From NCBI GenBank assembly GCA_010356995.1, contig ML996688.1, forward strand, positions 62,001 to 126,000: a stretch of DNA of 64,000 bases. The letters run 5' to 3'. Both the position numbers and the translations under genes were made by a program. Numbering within the stretch: position 1 is the first letter of the stretch; each line of letters opens with the position of its first letter. Positions 37,029 through 50,910 of this stretch are shown here, piece by piece. Origin of the DNA: Trichodelitschia bisporula. Lineage: Eukaryota. The notes beneath the pieces were generated by a model. It saw only the letters and a program-made list of their open reading frames with translations, ran no database searches and was not told the DNA's origin.

Positions 37029-40000
37029 GTGGTGGGGGATAAAATGGAGAAGCGACGGCGCGTTCCAATAATGGTCGGTGATATTGCGGTCCTCGGGGCA
37101 CTTGTGTGGCAGTAGATATCGAGAACTTGGGACGAGGTATTCTGAAAAAAAAGGGAACGCAACCACACAAAGCCAAATCGAAAGGCGACGTCAGTTAATA
37201 TCCCCAACTCCCAGATGGCGGCTCCATTGCCCTTTCATTCTTCTGCTTCAGACCAGAACCTGGAGCGGAGGAGACTTGGCATCACTACAACGACCGAGAC
37301 AGGCTGAAAGTGTTCCCGTGAGTCCTTTGGCTTGGGATTGGAGACTGGGGAAGCCTGGCAGGCTGGTTTCTTTGTCGAGATGTCAGGTCTCTCGCGATGC
37401 GGAAGCCCGAAAAGCACTTCTGTGGCTCACATCCCTCTCCTCCACCCCTCAGTCATCTGCGTCAGCTTTGCTTTTTTCCAAATTCCGGCTCTACGGGCCA
37501 GCATGGCGGGCCATCGACGCATCGTGTCCTATTTCGGAGCGAATGGGACGGACGCGCAGTAGCAAGAGTTTGTAGACAGCTTCGACCCTGAGCAAGGTTC
37601 TGTATGTACGAATGTGACAGCCAAACGCCGCTGGAATCAGCCTTCAGGGCGACAGGCGCTCGCCACGATCCCGCGTGCTTCGACTGCATGCGTCGCATCT
37701 GCAAGCCCGGGCTTTGGTCAGTTAGATCCGCGCAGCGTTTCCATGGGTTCGGCTGTGCGCTCGCACAGGGCGGCAGCGCCAGTAGCGGGCAGTACTACAC
37801 GTAGTAGTGATAGACCTGCAGACTCTCGTATTGTACTTTTGATCCTCACAAATGTCACACCTCAAGCCGGCGGCCGTCGTGCTGCAAACGCAGACCGACA
37901 CGGCGGATCGTGGCTGAAGCCACAACTGGGTTATGGCTGGTCGGAGGCCTTTCTGTGGTTGGTGGTGGGTGCTGTCGGGGCTGCGGGCAGCAAACAGCAT
38001 CATGTAACTACAGACTATCCGTGACACCCGTTGATGCGTCCTCCGCGGCGTGTTGCAATTCCATTGACTTTTAAAGGAGACAGAAGGTAAATGAAGACTC
38101 CGGAAACGGGAGCAGCTCGTCACTTACCGCATATAATTTCCTTTGGTGACGTCCTGAAGACGACGGAGGAGGGCGGTTCATGAGGATTGCCATCTATGTC
38201 TATGTCCGTATCCGTTTTCTCGTCCCGTTGCAATTTGTGGGGGCGCGTCGCCTTCGCCTATCGCACCTTTTCTAGCTGACTAGCCTCGTATATCGCCTAC
38301 TGCGGCCCTTGCTCCGCACCCATGAGCATGGAATATGAGGATCCGGATTTGGTGGCCTGCTGCGGTGCGGAACCAGGATGGCGGAGATGGGAAACGAGAT
38401 GACTGAACTCTCGCGGATAGGATCCGCCCCCCCCATTTTCATTGATGATGTGGTTGCGACAAGTCCTCAGTAGCTGGAGGGCTCCAATTTCCGGTTTAGT
38501 GAGTTGATCTGAGGAGGTGGTGTGTGGTTCCTGAACACTTCGAAGGAGAGTTCCGCAGCTGCGAGCTGTCCCTTTGGAACTGAGGGCTGTACTGCGGGTA
38601 ATTGCTTCTTTTGATTGGCGGCTCGCTTATGTCCTGCATGCATAGAGGGATTTTACTGCAGTAAGAAGCCTTAGGACAGCTCTATTCATGTGGAGGTGAA
38701 GTGAGGTGGAGGTGGAAGGGATAGTCTACGGTACAAGCGTTGTTGCACAACGAAGACGAAAGAACAGGCACAAAGAACCAACAGCCAATGCTCGTGAATT
38801 GTTAGCTCGAGAGTTGCAGGGGTGTCCAAGTCCCAGCCACGGCTACTGTACGTAGTACCCGTCTTCTGACGTATCATTTCTGGCCCCCATCGACCACCTC
38901 ACTCCTTCAACCAAGTACGTCAGAGGACGTCCGGTGGAAGTATCTTTCTGTGAGCCGACTATCCAGCATCCTAATTGCCTTGACTATTGCTTTGCTAAAT
39001 CTTCCCTGCGACGCTATGCGCCACACCGCCAACCCCAACGCACCAAGCTAACCCGCAGATACACTCCGCCGATCGGCGGCCTTGCACGCATTATTGACAC
39101 GCATGGTAGAACTAAGAGGCCTGTTGTGCTGTCGTCCTTACTTCAGTAACCTTATTCAGTAACCCTGGTCCTTTGAGTATTTCTAATTACGATGACAATA
39201 CTGGAGCGTCGTCGATCTGCGCCCGGTAGCTGCAATGTCGTGCCCTGGCCTTTCGGTGAGTCCAACAACCAGAACATCTTTCCTCCAAGCCACTTAGTGA
39301 GCTACGCTGAAGATCGATCCGGTCTGCCAACGATATGCTCGAAGCTGAATGCCTCGCAGGTACTCCACAAACCTTATCAGCTCTGAGTGTGGCCATGCCT
39401 CCGTGCGCCGGCTCTATGAGGAAAACTTCCGGGCGATCGCAACACACCTTCACCTCATGCGACACCGAGGAATAAGGTGTGGATATGCTAGAAAGCCAGC
39501 GTACCGCACCAGCTACCTGGCGCCGCTCTACAGCCTGGCACGTGGAAAATGCCTGGGGAATGACCAAAAGCCGCAGAAACCTCTGTGCACCGTTCATTAT
39601 TCCGGAGGCGCACAGGTAGGACGGCTGGCGAAGGCACTGTGCTGATCCGTGCAAGAACGCCATCTACGCCCCGCATGTTTGAGGGCCAAGAAAAAAGTAA
39701 GACATTTTGACATCTTCCTTCGCCAAGTTACTCTCCGCAGCTCTCAAAAGAGGACGGTACAGTACAAAGCGAGTGTTGATATCGTGATGTATCAGAGTAA
39801 CGATTTTGTCGTGCCGGTCAGTGTTTACTCGAATTCATTGACAAACAGTAAACCGAGGTAGCGTTACACCACGCCTCATGCGGTCTCCGGTGGTCCAGAT
39901 CCGAGTTCAAGGCGCATCTGTGTTACACAACAGAAATATGTCGGTCATCGACGGAAACCCCGTGCAACCATCCGCTGGACCAGCCGGAGACCGTTCCTGC

Positions 40001-42971
40001 GGAGCAGAGATACGCTGCTGCCAGGAGATTGCGCAGTTATCCGTCTGGAGTTCGGCTTCATGCGAGCTAACTCGTCCCACCCCCATCATCTTCAGCCCAA
40101 TACATATGTACTGCCGTTCAGGAATGCATGAGTAGCTTGGCAATTCGAAATTAGCCTACAACTCGCTCGAGTTTCACGGCTAATGGCATTCTTGAAGAAA
40201 AGAGTAAAAGATACCCGGCGATAATTCGCTCTCACCGTGGAGTGCTCGACATCGATTCGTTCGCGAGCCCCGCATGCGACTTTCCTGCGGACAGAGTTTC
40301 AGAAGCTCGGCAAGCGGGCAGGCTATGCGAGGTCGACGTCTATTTCCAAGGAGCTTCGGCGGACCAACTTTTCCCGCCGCTGCGACAGTTTCCTTGTAGG
40401 TCCTGTGTCCACTGCTTACGCACCCTACAGCAGGACCGCTGGGTGTCGGCTAGCCGGGCTCCTCGTCATCGCCAAAATAGCAACCACCTATTTATCATAG
40501 TAGCGACTCATTTGCTACAGCATACCTTTTGACAACCTACGAGGTAATGCATGTCAACTAGGGCTAGCCTCACGCATCGTGAGCATGCTCCGGGGCTGCA
40601 GTAGCACCAGGCTCCTCTGTCCCCAATAATGCACGGCAACGTACTACGACCACGCACCCGTTCGAAGGCAACCCACGTACTCAATCGAACCGCTAATTCT
40701 CCGCTTTGGAGTCGCCGCGTCACACGCGCTTCGAAAGTCACCCGCTAGTTGACTTCAGGGCCAAACAAGGACGGCCATGGCTGCATGCAATTGCCGCAAA
40801 TGAGCCGGGGGGTAGCCTTTGCGAGCGAACGCTTGATCTCCATTCATGCTGCGCGTTCGCCTTGCGCGCCCCAGATCGCTCGGCGATCGCTGATTTGTGG
40901 GGGTCGCCATGGCTTCTGTTCATGGGTTTTCTAACGACCACTTCACCGTGCTTGCATGGTCGCGGGTGATCATGTCACCGTAGGCCGCGGATGCATGCCA
41001 TCCTTCCCTACTTGAGTCCCTGGGAGGTCTCTGCCGTTCCCTGCAGCTTTGAGAGCCTTGTAAAAGGGTGGCGTGATTCGGACTTCTAACTGTCGTCATT
41101 CGGTGTCCCAGCACGTCCTCATCCGATACGGAACACTATCCCGACGATGACACCCATACAAATTAAACTACAATGGCTAACAAAAATAGGTCCAAAGTCG
41201 ATACCATCACCGTACCGAAATCCCTAGGTGTTTCTGACACCTTGGAACCGAACTCAATTTGGCCCTTGTAGCGCTGTACCACGTCAACTTGCATCCTATT
41301 GTCTATCTTTCAGTTACTGGCCTCGGGCTGCATACTGCCGCTCTCCAACTCCTTCGTCAAGCGTTGACCTGTGTGAACGTTAGCCAATGGATTTTCAGGA
41401 CTTGACGAAGGCGCGACCGTAAAGCACAATCCCATTGCGCTTGGTCTTGTCCAGGGGCGTTGTGGCTGCGGAGCCTAGGCCTTGCCTACAGGCAACGAAT
41501 CACAGGTGGCAACCACACGATTCCATTCTCATTGCTCGTCAAGGCAATCATGATGCCGGTGTTTGGGCACTCGAGGGCTGTTAGACGTGCCACGACCCTC
41601 CACCGCCTTCCTTTCGCGGAAGAGAATGCCCTGTCATTCTCGCCCTAACCTGACTGCTGTCCGACCAAGCCAGTATCTTCATCGGTACAGTATGGCTTTC
41701 TATTCCAGGCCAGCCGCGCAGTGTTTCATGCAACCCGCGCCTCACCTTTGGATCCTGCATTTAGCAACCTCGTTAGGACGAAGCTCTCTCAACCTGAGCA
41801 TCGCCGTCCTCAAGCTTACCCTCAAGGCGCATACCCTAGGCCCTCGCATCCACCGCCCTCCGCCCCAGCATCCAACCTGCAAGTACCACTTCCGCGCACG
41901 ACGTTGTACCACACAGTCTAACCCGTCGTAGGCATGGTTCTTCCACCGGTGTTGCTCGCTCCACATACGCCGTGTATGTTCATGTGGGCGGCTGCAAGAC
42001 GAGGAGCACGAGGCCAGAGCACGAGCAAGCGAGCGGTTATTGACTTCCAACTGTTACGGTTGCCTCAACCGCCGGGCGTCTGACTTCGCAGTTAACTCCG
42101 CTTTTACGAGACTTTGGTGTTTTTTTTCCTTCGTGGGGGTCTGTGGATGTCGCTCTTACGTCCGAGTTTCCTGACGATGTGTCTTGAGATGCAGACTCAT
42201 ACATCTCTGGCTTATCGCCGCCGCGGCATGCCTCCTGTATCCGCCCGCATGGTACCGACGCTCCGCGCCTTTGCCTGGCCCTGCAACTACGCGCATGACT
42301 GCATCACGATGGTGTTTCTCTCGAGATTACATTCGTATGGTGCGCATCACTCGAATCGATAGGGCTTTGCCATCGATCTCAGTTCCATGAAGGCACGCAG
42401 AGATCGTGAGGCTGAGCCTCAACTCTCGACATTCTGGGGGAGGAAGCTGTCCTCCCTCCTACAGCCCCCCCTCAATTCTGTCGAGATCGTCCTCTATGTC
42501 TTGAGTTAAAGGTTGACACCGACAGTCCTGATTCTATCAGCACGGCGTTTCGGCCCCGAATGTACCGTCTAGTCCGGCTTTCAGCTTCACTGCCTTAAGG
42601 TGTCGACGCGCTCGTCTCGGTTTTTTGACACGGCGATCGCAAAGGGGCGTCACAAAGGCAAAAGGGGCATTGCGGCGAACATTCAGTCATGCTCGTTTCA
42701 GTCCGACTTCGGGACTTGACCGATGCTTCCGGAGCCAATGTGGACATTTCGGCACTCGAAGCTTTTTGCCCCTCGAGCTTTCACCAGAGGACTGTTATCG
42801 ACAAACAGACAAGTCCCCGCTGATTGAATGAGCGTTACACATAAAGAGATGCTGACACCAATGGAGACTTAATTTCGTGCCTCATACGATGTTTCCGGTT
42901 TATGGGAAATTGCACATTGGCTCTCCAGGCATCCTGTATCCTGACCTCCGAGGGCGAATCTCCCCTTTCCC

Positions 42972-43953
42972 CTACGCAAGCAACGCACCCTCCACCCCAC
43001 TCAGCTTCACCTTCAACAAATCCCCCTCAACAACCTTCTCCTTATTCCTCTCCAGCTCCTCCATATCCCACTGCACACTCACATACCTCCCATTCAACCA
43101 CGCCCGCCCGCCCCTACTCAACCACACCGCCGTCTCCGCAACCAACTCCGCGTCATCAACAAGATGCACCCTCTTCTCCTCCGGAAGACTATTCCCCATC
43201 TCCGTCGCCACGCCCCCGGGATGTATCGCAATCGCAGTAACGCCCTGGGGGCCGTACTCCACCGCCACATACTCCCCAAACCGACACACGCCCAACTTCG
43301 CAATGTTATACGCACTCATCCCCGGCAGTACCAAATGCGCGCCGATACTAGTCATCAGCAGCACGCTCTTCAGCCCGCCAGTCTTCCTCGTCAGTAAAGG
43401 TAGAAAAGTCCGTGTCACCAGGTAGTGCCCCGTCAGATTTACGGAAAGGCTCCGCGCCCACTCCACCGCGTCGCTGGCCCCGATGTGAGCCTCTGGCTCC
43501 AGCCACCCCGCGTTCGAAACAACCACATCGATGCCTTCGGGAAACGCAGCGTCCACCCGCCCCGCGCCCTCGGCCACGGAATCTGCATCCGCAACATCCA
43601 TCCCCAGACCGAGAATCTTGGGCACTGGCACACCCTCCTTGGCCGCGGCATCCGCAACCGCGGCCTCGGTGTCGGACAGCGAGCCGCGGGCTGCGAGGAC
43701 GAGTCCGGAGCAGCCGGCTTGTGTGTAGGCGATGGCGAGGGCGCGGCCGATGCCTTTTGAGGCGCCGGTTATGAGGACGATGGTGTTGGGGGGGAGGGGA
43801 GAGGCGGAGGGGGAGATGAAGGGGTAGGGGGTGTGGTGCGAGGTGCGGGTTAGCATGGGGCCTATGGGGGGTTAGAAGGTTGAGGATGGAGGTGGGGGAC
43901 GGACCGGCGGAGCGGGGCATGGGGGTTAGGGCGGGGTCGGTTGCGGCGTCCAT
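42972..43953 (-). CDS. Short-chain dehydrogenase/reductase (SDR)
   Basis: VLITGASKGIG (TGxxxGxG), VSNAG, catalytic YNIAK (YxxxK), IHPGGVATEM, LNGRYVSVQWD. Probable exon 1 43953-43905, intron GTCCGT...CTAAC...TAG, exon 2 43861-42972 (G+GC in phase). Confidence 0.93.
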
Positions 43954-44726
43954 TTTGTGGGAGGATAGGGGTGCGGGATGGGGACGTTGGGGTTTAGGTG
44001 CAATGCGGCGGAAGGAATGGTAGGTGGGTTTGGTAGGTGTGGTGATGGTGAGGTGCGTCAGATGTTGGATATGTACGACCTACGGATATCGATACCCTGA
44101 TTTGCGCTCATGAGGCCCGAAGAAAGGCGGCGTTCATCCCGAGCATCACCTCTCTGGCAAGGGAGGAAATACGGCTCCGGAGCGGTTCTAACCTGGATTC
44201 GACGTATTGTATGGTTGGCTGATTGCCGAGAGCTAAGGACACCGGCCCGATGTCATGACATGACCTCAAACCATTCCGCCCGCCCACCAAAGCCCCTACA
44301 TCTTCTTCCCCACGCTCCCGGTCCGATCCCACGGCACGGTTCGAGGGCCGGCGAGGCGCCGGGCGGGTCGATGCGCACACCGGGTGCTGAAATGAAGCCG
44401 CCCGTCCCGTCCCGGGCCGAATCACCCCATCACAGCAGTCGACACCAAAGATGCGCAAACCGCTCCATTCCCCATCCCATCTACCAATACCGCTAAGCAT
44501 ACACAACGTAGAGTACATGTACCCATCACTCCCCATGCCGCCAAAAATGCCCGACCCGACCCGTTGCCGGCCCCGCCGATCCACACCCAAACACTCCCCA
44601 CCCCACCAACCACCCCTCAAGAAAGCCAAAAACACCAAAACTATGATCGCCGAATAACGAGATGATCGTACAAAAAAAACACTCATCACCCGCTCCCTAG
44701 ACCTCCGCTCTCCAAAACCCCTCTTA

Positions 44727-47216
44727 TCACCGTCCATCCCCCTTGCCCCCTCCCCCCGGCCCAACTCCCACAGGCATACGCTCCGGACTCTCCCCCCCGC
44801 CGGAATAGCGGCTATACCCCGAGTACGCGCTGTACGCAGAGTATCCGCTCTCCCTCCCCACCGCCCCAACTCCTCCAACACCAATGCCCAGTCCCACACC
44901 ATTGACTACCGGGCCCATATCAAACTCCCACTCCTCACCCCCCAACCCGCCCTCCACCCTCCGTACCCCACCCACACGCACCAATCCCTCCAAAGCGCCC
45001 ACCAAATCGCCCACCGCGACATCGACCAAACCCACGGGACTCACGCCCCCGCCACGCGCATGCCTTACACACGCACTAACCAACTTCTTCCCCGCCGCCG
45101 AGACCCTTGCCCTATGCTCCGCCAACCCCGCGTCCTGTGCCCCGAGACCATTGGCGCCGTTCGTCGTCGGCGTAGAAGCAGGCGTCACGACCCCGCCCAC
45201 CGCCTTCGTAACCTCGCCCACCACACTCTCCAACCCCCCACTCCTCGCCCTCCTCGCCACCTCCTCAAGCAAAACATGCATCGCCGCCAGCGCATCCGCA
45301 GGCAACACACCATCCGGCCTCACAACCGCGGGATCAAGCTGAAAGGCGGGGACATCGATCACATCCTGGCCTTTGGCACTCGCGCCGTTGACCCCATTGA
45401 CCCCGTTCGAACCTGCCCCCAGCGCCACAGCCCTAACGCGCACGACCCTCTCCCGCCACGCACGCACCTCGTCCTCGAGCCGCCCGACCAGATCCCCGCG
45501 CTCCTCCTCCCTTTCAAGAACACTATCCGCCGCCATGGCGAGGGCGCGCATTTCCGCCAGCGAGTCTGCAGCACTCCTCCGCACGTCCTCGGTCAGGCGC
45601 GCCTGGCGGTCGAGTTCGGCCTGCAGCTCGGCGTAGCGCTGTGGCCAGTCACCGTCATCATTTCCAGAGGAGCCGTTTGCCAGGCCACGGTCGCGGGAGC
45701 CGGAGGGGACGGGGACGGGGACGGGAACAACGGCGAGAGCGGCATCGCGCTCTTTCGTCACGCTTGCGAGTTTAGCTTCCAGGTCTGCGGCGTTGCGCGA
45801 TTCGGCCTGGGCGGCGGCGAGGGAGGCTTTTAGTTCGGCCTCTGCGGCAGCGTTGTCGGCGCGCAGGCGGGCGAGTTCGGAGGAGAGGTTTGCGTTAAGG
45901 GAGGCTGCTTCGGCGAGTTTTTGCTCGAGGGAGGAGGAGAGGGCGGAGAAGGAGGCGCGTTCGGCGGTTAAGGTCTGGTAGGGTTAGGAGGGATGTTTGA
46001 GGAAGGGGTGGGAAATGCCTACAGAGTCTGCTTTTGTAGCCGCGTCTTTGTATCTCGCCACTTCAGCGTCCGCGTCTTGTAGTTGTGCGCCTGCGTCTTG
46101 TAGTTGTGCGCCTAGCTTCTCTGTCTCGGCGTCCTTCATGTGCAATTGTCGTTCTAGGTCCGTGACCTTGTCCTCCAGCACCTGAATCTTCCCCCGCCAC
46201 TCCTCTTCCCGCTCTCGTTCATCATCATCGTCATCCTCCACCAACATGCCCTTATTCGGCACCATCATGTTGCTCTGAAACGTCTTGGGCAGCGGCCGCC
46301 CAAACTCATTCGGCGAGTCCAGGCCAGGCTGCACACCAGGCGGCATCCCACCAAACCCAGGCCGCGCGCCGGGTGGAGGTCCAAATTGCCCTCCCGGACC
46401 GCCACGCGATGCGCCGCGCGGCGGATATCCCCCGCGCGAGACATCGCTCCCCGCGATACTGCCAGCAATGCTCCCGGCGCGACTCGCCGCGCGCGCTTCG
46501 CCGTGGACAACGCCGCCCTGGAACTTGGGATAGCGGCGCTCGAGCTCATAAAACACATCCGTCGCCAACTGACGAAAGCGATCCGCTGGCAGCGTCGAAA
46601 GCTTCTGGCGCGCCTGGTTGCGCTTAACGTGGAATGTGGGCTTAGGGAGGAGGTATTTGGGCGTCTGATTGGGCGCGCCGGGCCGGCGCCTGTCGTCTTC
46701 GCGGCGCAGCAGCTCGTCGTACACGTCTGTTGACAGTTCTTGGAACTGCACGGGGGTGAGGCGGAGGAGTTTGTCGCGCGCGCGGTTTTGCCGTGGGTCG
46801 CTTGCGTTTTCGAGGAGATAGGGCGCGAGGAAGGCGCTTAGGACGCGGTAGTGCTCGGCCAGCGCATCCTCCATGGCATAGGGCGGGCGCCCCGTTGCGC
46901 TGCCCGCAGGCGTGAGGGGAGTGTACAGCCCCGTGCCGTCGGAGGAGCGGGCGACGGACGAAGGGGGCGAGGGATTATCGAGCGGTCGTGATTTGGTATT
47001 TGACTGCATCGCGCCATCGGTTGAGGCAGACGTGGAGGCTGAAGCGTGGGACGACGAGTTCTCGTCCTTTGTTGTGGGGGAGGGAGGAGAGGGCGCGGAG
47101 TTGGCGAGGGAGAGGGGGGTGGGATCTCGCGGGGGTGCGGCTTGGAAGGCTTGGTAGCCGTTTATTGGCGACCATTCGGTGGTGTCTGCCGAGATTGGCG
47201 ACAGAGCGGCGTTCAT
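44727..47216 (-). CDS. SPA2: Polarisome scaffold Spa2 (SpaA) homolog, ~813 aa
   Basis: Spa2 homology domain repeats RARDKLLRLTPVQFQELSTDVYDELLRR and KRNQARQKLSTL...RFRQLATDVFYELERR, GRPLPKTFQSN, coiled coil, C-terminal GVSPVGLVD. Exons 47216-46023 and 45974-44727 phase 0. Confidence 0.92.
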
Positions 47217-49166
47217 CGCGGGTTTTTGCGCCGCGTGAGCTGCTGATATAGCACTTCCGAGCCTGGTAGCTGAGCTACTTGCTTGTTCGTGTTTGGAGGT
47301 GTTTCGGGTCGGAGCGACTCCTGCGACGCGGAACGTCGGGGATGGGGTTGGTGAGAGTGGAAGGGAGCAGTCGGAACTCGAGAGTACTTCTGGCTTTGTG
47401 TTCGAGTCTCGGTATGGCGGCTGTCTCGCGAATACACGTTGCTTTGTCTAGTGCTATAGAGAGAGAGAGAGAAGAGGCGAGTGTCGGGGTAATGGGACAG
47501 GCGAAAAGAGCAGATCTCTCATCGATTACGATTATTGTTGAGGAAGAAGAGAAGAAGTCGAGGAAGCAAAAAGGCAGGTCAGACTTGACGCGCGCAGCGG
47601 CCAAAGAAATGCAACGACGACCGGCAAAAGGGGCTGAACAGCCACGCTACTTTTTCCCTTCCCACCAGCGGCAGTGGCGCCGGCGAGTGCACACGGGCGG
47701 GTAGGAGGATCAAGGAAGAGCTGAGGAGAGACATGAGAGTCCATGGCAATTGGTGATTGGCGATGGCGATTCAGCGATGCACGATACGGGGAATTGAGAG
47801 AACGATTCAGAGAGAGCAGAGATCTCCCTCTCCTGAAGGCACTGGCACAGGAGTGATACCACACCCGCCATACACGCGCGAGAACGAGCAATCGCCAGAA
47901 GCCTACGGAAGAACCAACCCGTTACTCTCTCCGCCGCATCCGACCACTCTTCTACCGCTTTCCAATTGATGCAGCAAAGCGTGCCATGACACCATCGTCG
48001 ACACTCGATATAACATCCGCAGGGCGAGTCAATGGTGTCAGTTTAGCTGGCAATTAGCACCACGCGAAGCATCTGTCGCCCTAATATCAGGGCGTCTTGG
48101 AGTCGTCCAGTGCCGTCACCGGTAATTGACGAGCAAGGCCCGAGCACAACAGATCTCCGAGCACACAGCAACCGCACTCCTTCCTGAGGAAACGCAATGC
48201 ATACATCCGTACAGCATCAACAACAAACCATCTCCATATCAATATCCCTCAATCCGCATTCCACGATATCCAACCCCCCAGCCCCATCCCCTGCCCCTGC
48301 CCCTACCTCCCCCAGTGGATACGTAGTTGGCGCCTGTCACCCCCTGCCTCACGCTTGCAATGCGACTCGCCCGTTGCGCCGCTGCATCGTGGGGACTGGC
48401 CGCGCGTCATTCACCGTAGCTCATGTCAACCGTTCATCATCCCGAACGCACGTAAAGAGTTCCTCCTCACCCTCGTGAGCACGTGGAAACTCGTGGGGAC
48501 AACGAGTCCTCCACGAGAAATCCTCAAAACCATGTGCACCATGTGCACCACGCTAGAGAAACAGGGAAATGGCCGAGGTATCCCGGCGGCTGTGGCGGTG
48601 CTGCTGCAGGTACCGGTGCTTACGCGGCTAGCTGACCTATGGGCGGGAGTTGGTGGTTAGCGGCGCAACGCGCGCGATGAGGCCACATTTTCCTTTGTGT
48701 GGCTGGGGTGTGGCGGGGCCTTGGTAAGCGGAGGTTTGTCCGGCATTGTCACGTGAGGAGTTGAAGATTGGCGGAGGTGAGGGACGGTGGACGGATGGAT
48801 TAGCGGGTTATCCTGTATCATAGCAATTCAGTTGAGTTGCTAGATTTACACCCGAAGGCGTGTGGTCGGCTTGGAGTCAAGGGAGGCTGCTTGGTGGAGG
48901 AGAAGGATATGTGGACGGTGTGGTAGCTAATTTAGGGCTTGTCTCTTTGTTATATCGCCAGCGTTTGCCATGCACGACGGCCCTCTCTCCACGAAGTGAG
49001 GGTGCAAACAGATGCCCATGATCAAGCAGCAAACCAGTAAACATCGCTTCCATCTGGCAATAAAGCGCCCTATATCCCACTATACCACCCGCTAAACCGA
49101 GGTACACATGCCATGAACCAACTTCAACCATCTTAGCCATCCAGTCAACTCCTCACCAGCTCACAT

Positions 49167-50560
49167 TCAGCTCGCCTTTTTTATCCGATGCCGCGGCAAC
49201 TTCGCACAGTCCCTACACAGCCACTCCCCAGGCGGCTCCGCCGTGATGCCTGCGCACGGCCAGTGAAACCATTGTCCCGCGCAATCCGCATTATCGCACG
49301 CCACCATGTCACCATAGCTCACTTTCTGGCAGTAGCAGTACTTGGTATCATCAGCACCCTCATCCTCGCCCTCGCCGTCCTCACGTGCCCTCCCTCCAAC
49401 TGCCCCTGTACTCCCCTCCCGCGCCCCGGCACTAGCAAATCCAGACGCCGACCCATCATCGCTCCCACTCCCAGACCCACTGTCCTCACCCGTCGTCGAT
49501 GGCGAAGCCCGCGTCCCGCTCAGCAGCCGCCGCGCTGATTTCTTCGGGATACCCGACTTCGGGACTTTCTTGGTAGAAGCACGCCCACCACCACCAGAAA
49601 CCATGATGCCGCCCGGCGTGCGCCGCGATGGCGCCTTCTTCGCTGGCCGAGGACCGGCACTACCGGCTCGGCTGGCGGAGGGAGTGCCAGACTTCGGCGT
49701 GCCCGGACCGAGGGAGGCTTGGCGGAGAGACGAGGGCGGGTTCGGGATGTTGATCGAGGCGTTTAGGCGGCGGCGCTTGGGGTCCGTAGGGCCAGGAGAG
49801 GCCATGTCCCCGGGTGGGGCTGGCCTGGTGGTGGGGATTTGGATTGAGGTTGCGGGTGGGAGGGCGGGGGCGTTTTGCGAGAGGGGGGATGGGGCACCGC
49901 GGGGATTGAGTGAGGCGTTGGAAAGGCGAGCTTGGGCTGCGGCGAGCATGTTCGCGGTGCCGCCGGTGGGGACTGGGGGGGGTTGGTCGGCGGGGGTGTT
50001 GGGGTGGTGGTTCTCAGCGGAGACGAGGGTGGGCACCAGGTTGCCGGGGGAATCGCGGAGAGTGGAGGGGAGGTTAGGGTCGGTGGGAAAGGCGCCGTCG
50101 GCCTGGAGGGCGGCGATTTTCAGATCCAGGCGCTTCGTGTGCCGGTCCATGAGCTCGCAGGCGCGTCGCATTAGGGCGGCTTTTTCGGCTTGGAGCTCGT
50201 CGGCCCGGTCGAAGTTGGTGTACATGACTGCTTCGTAGGCGTCTTCTTGCGGGTGTGGGACCAGATCGCCGTGCTGCTTTGTGTGTTTTTGGAGTTCCCT
50301 ATCTTTTTCGTTGATGATTCGGAAGCACTCGTCGATTTCGCGCTGCTTGTACGTGGCCTCTTCGTGGAGGTGGGCGATTTCAGCGGGAAGATTCGCCACT
50401 ATTATACGTTAGACCGAAAGTATACGGATAGTTGTCTTGAAAAGCGTCAAGCTGGAGACTTTGACTGCAGGGGAGTGCATGTGGGATTTAAAGTAGGGGT
50501 CGTTATACCATCGTGAACAAACTGTTCCAGTACAGCGGCTGCGTCCTCTGCACCGGCCAT
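49167..50560 (-). CDS. YNG2: ING-family PHD finger protein (NuA4 subunit Yng2/ING3-like)
   Basis: N-terminal EDAAAVLEQFVHDVANLPAEIAHL ING domain; C-terminal PHD YCYCQKVSYGDMVACDN.DC..QWFHW.C......GEWLC..C. Exons 50560-50509 and 50398-49167, intron GTATAA...CTAAC...TAG in phase. Confidence 0.9.
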
Positions 50561-50910
50561 GATGGGCTGAGAAAATTGCGGCCTCACTGAAGATTCTGAT
50601 TGTAGAGAGATGAAAACAATGATGAACAGTCACAATGTTTTGACTCTTGACTCTTCGCAGATGGCAATGCCCAAAGTCACGGGGTTGGAGGTGGAAGTGA
50701 AGGTATGGGGAAAAGTATGTCCGCCCCGGGATGTACAGGACGATACCCGTAGTGGTTAGCGTTTGACCCAAGAAACACTCAGAGAAATCATGGCTGTCTG
50801 CGCGGCAAAGACGGTGCGGGAGACGGCCATGACTTTTTTGGGTGGCACTTGACCGTACCTGGCCGCTCATGAGACACCGAGACTTGCGCTTTCTCAGCAT
50901 CACCACGATC

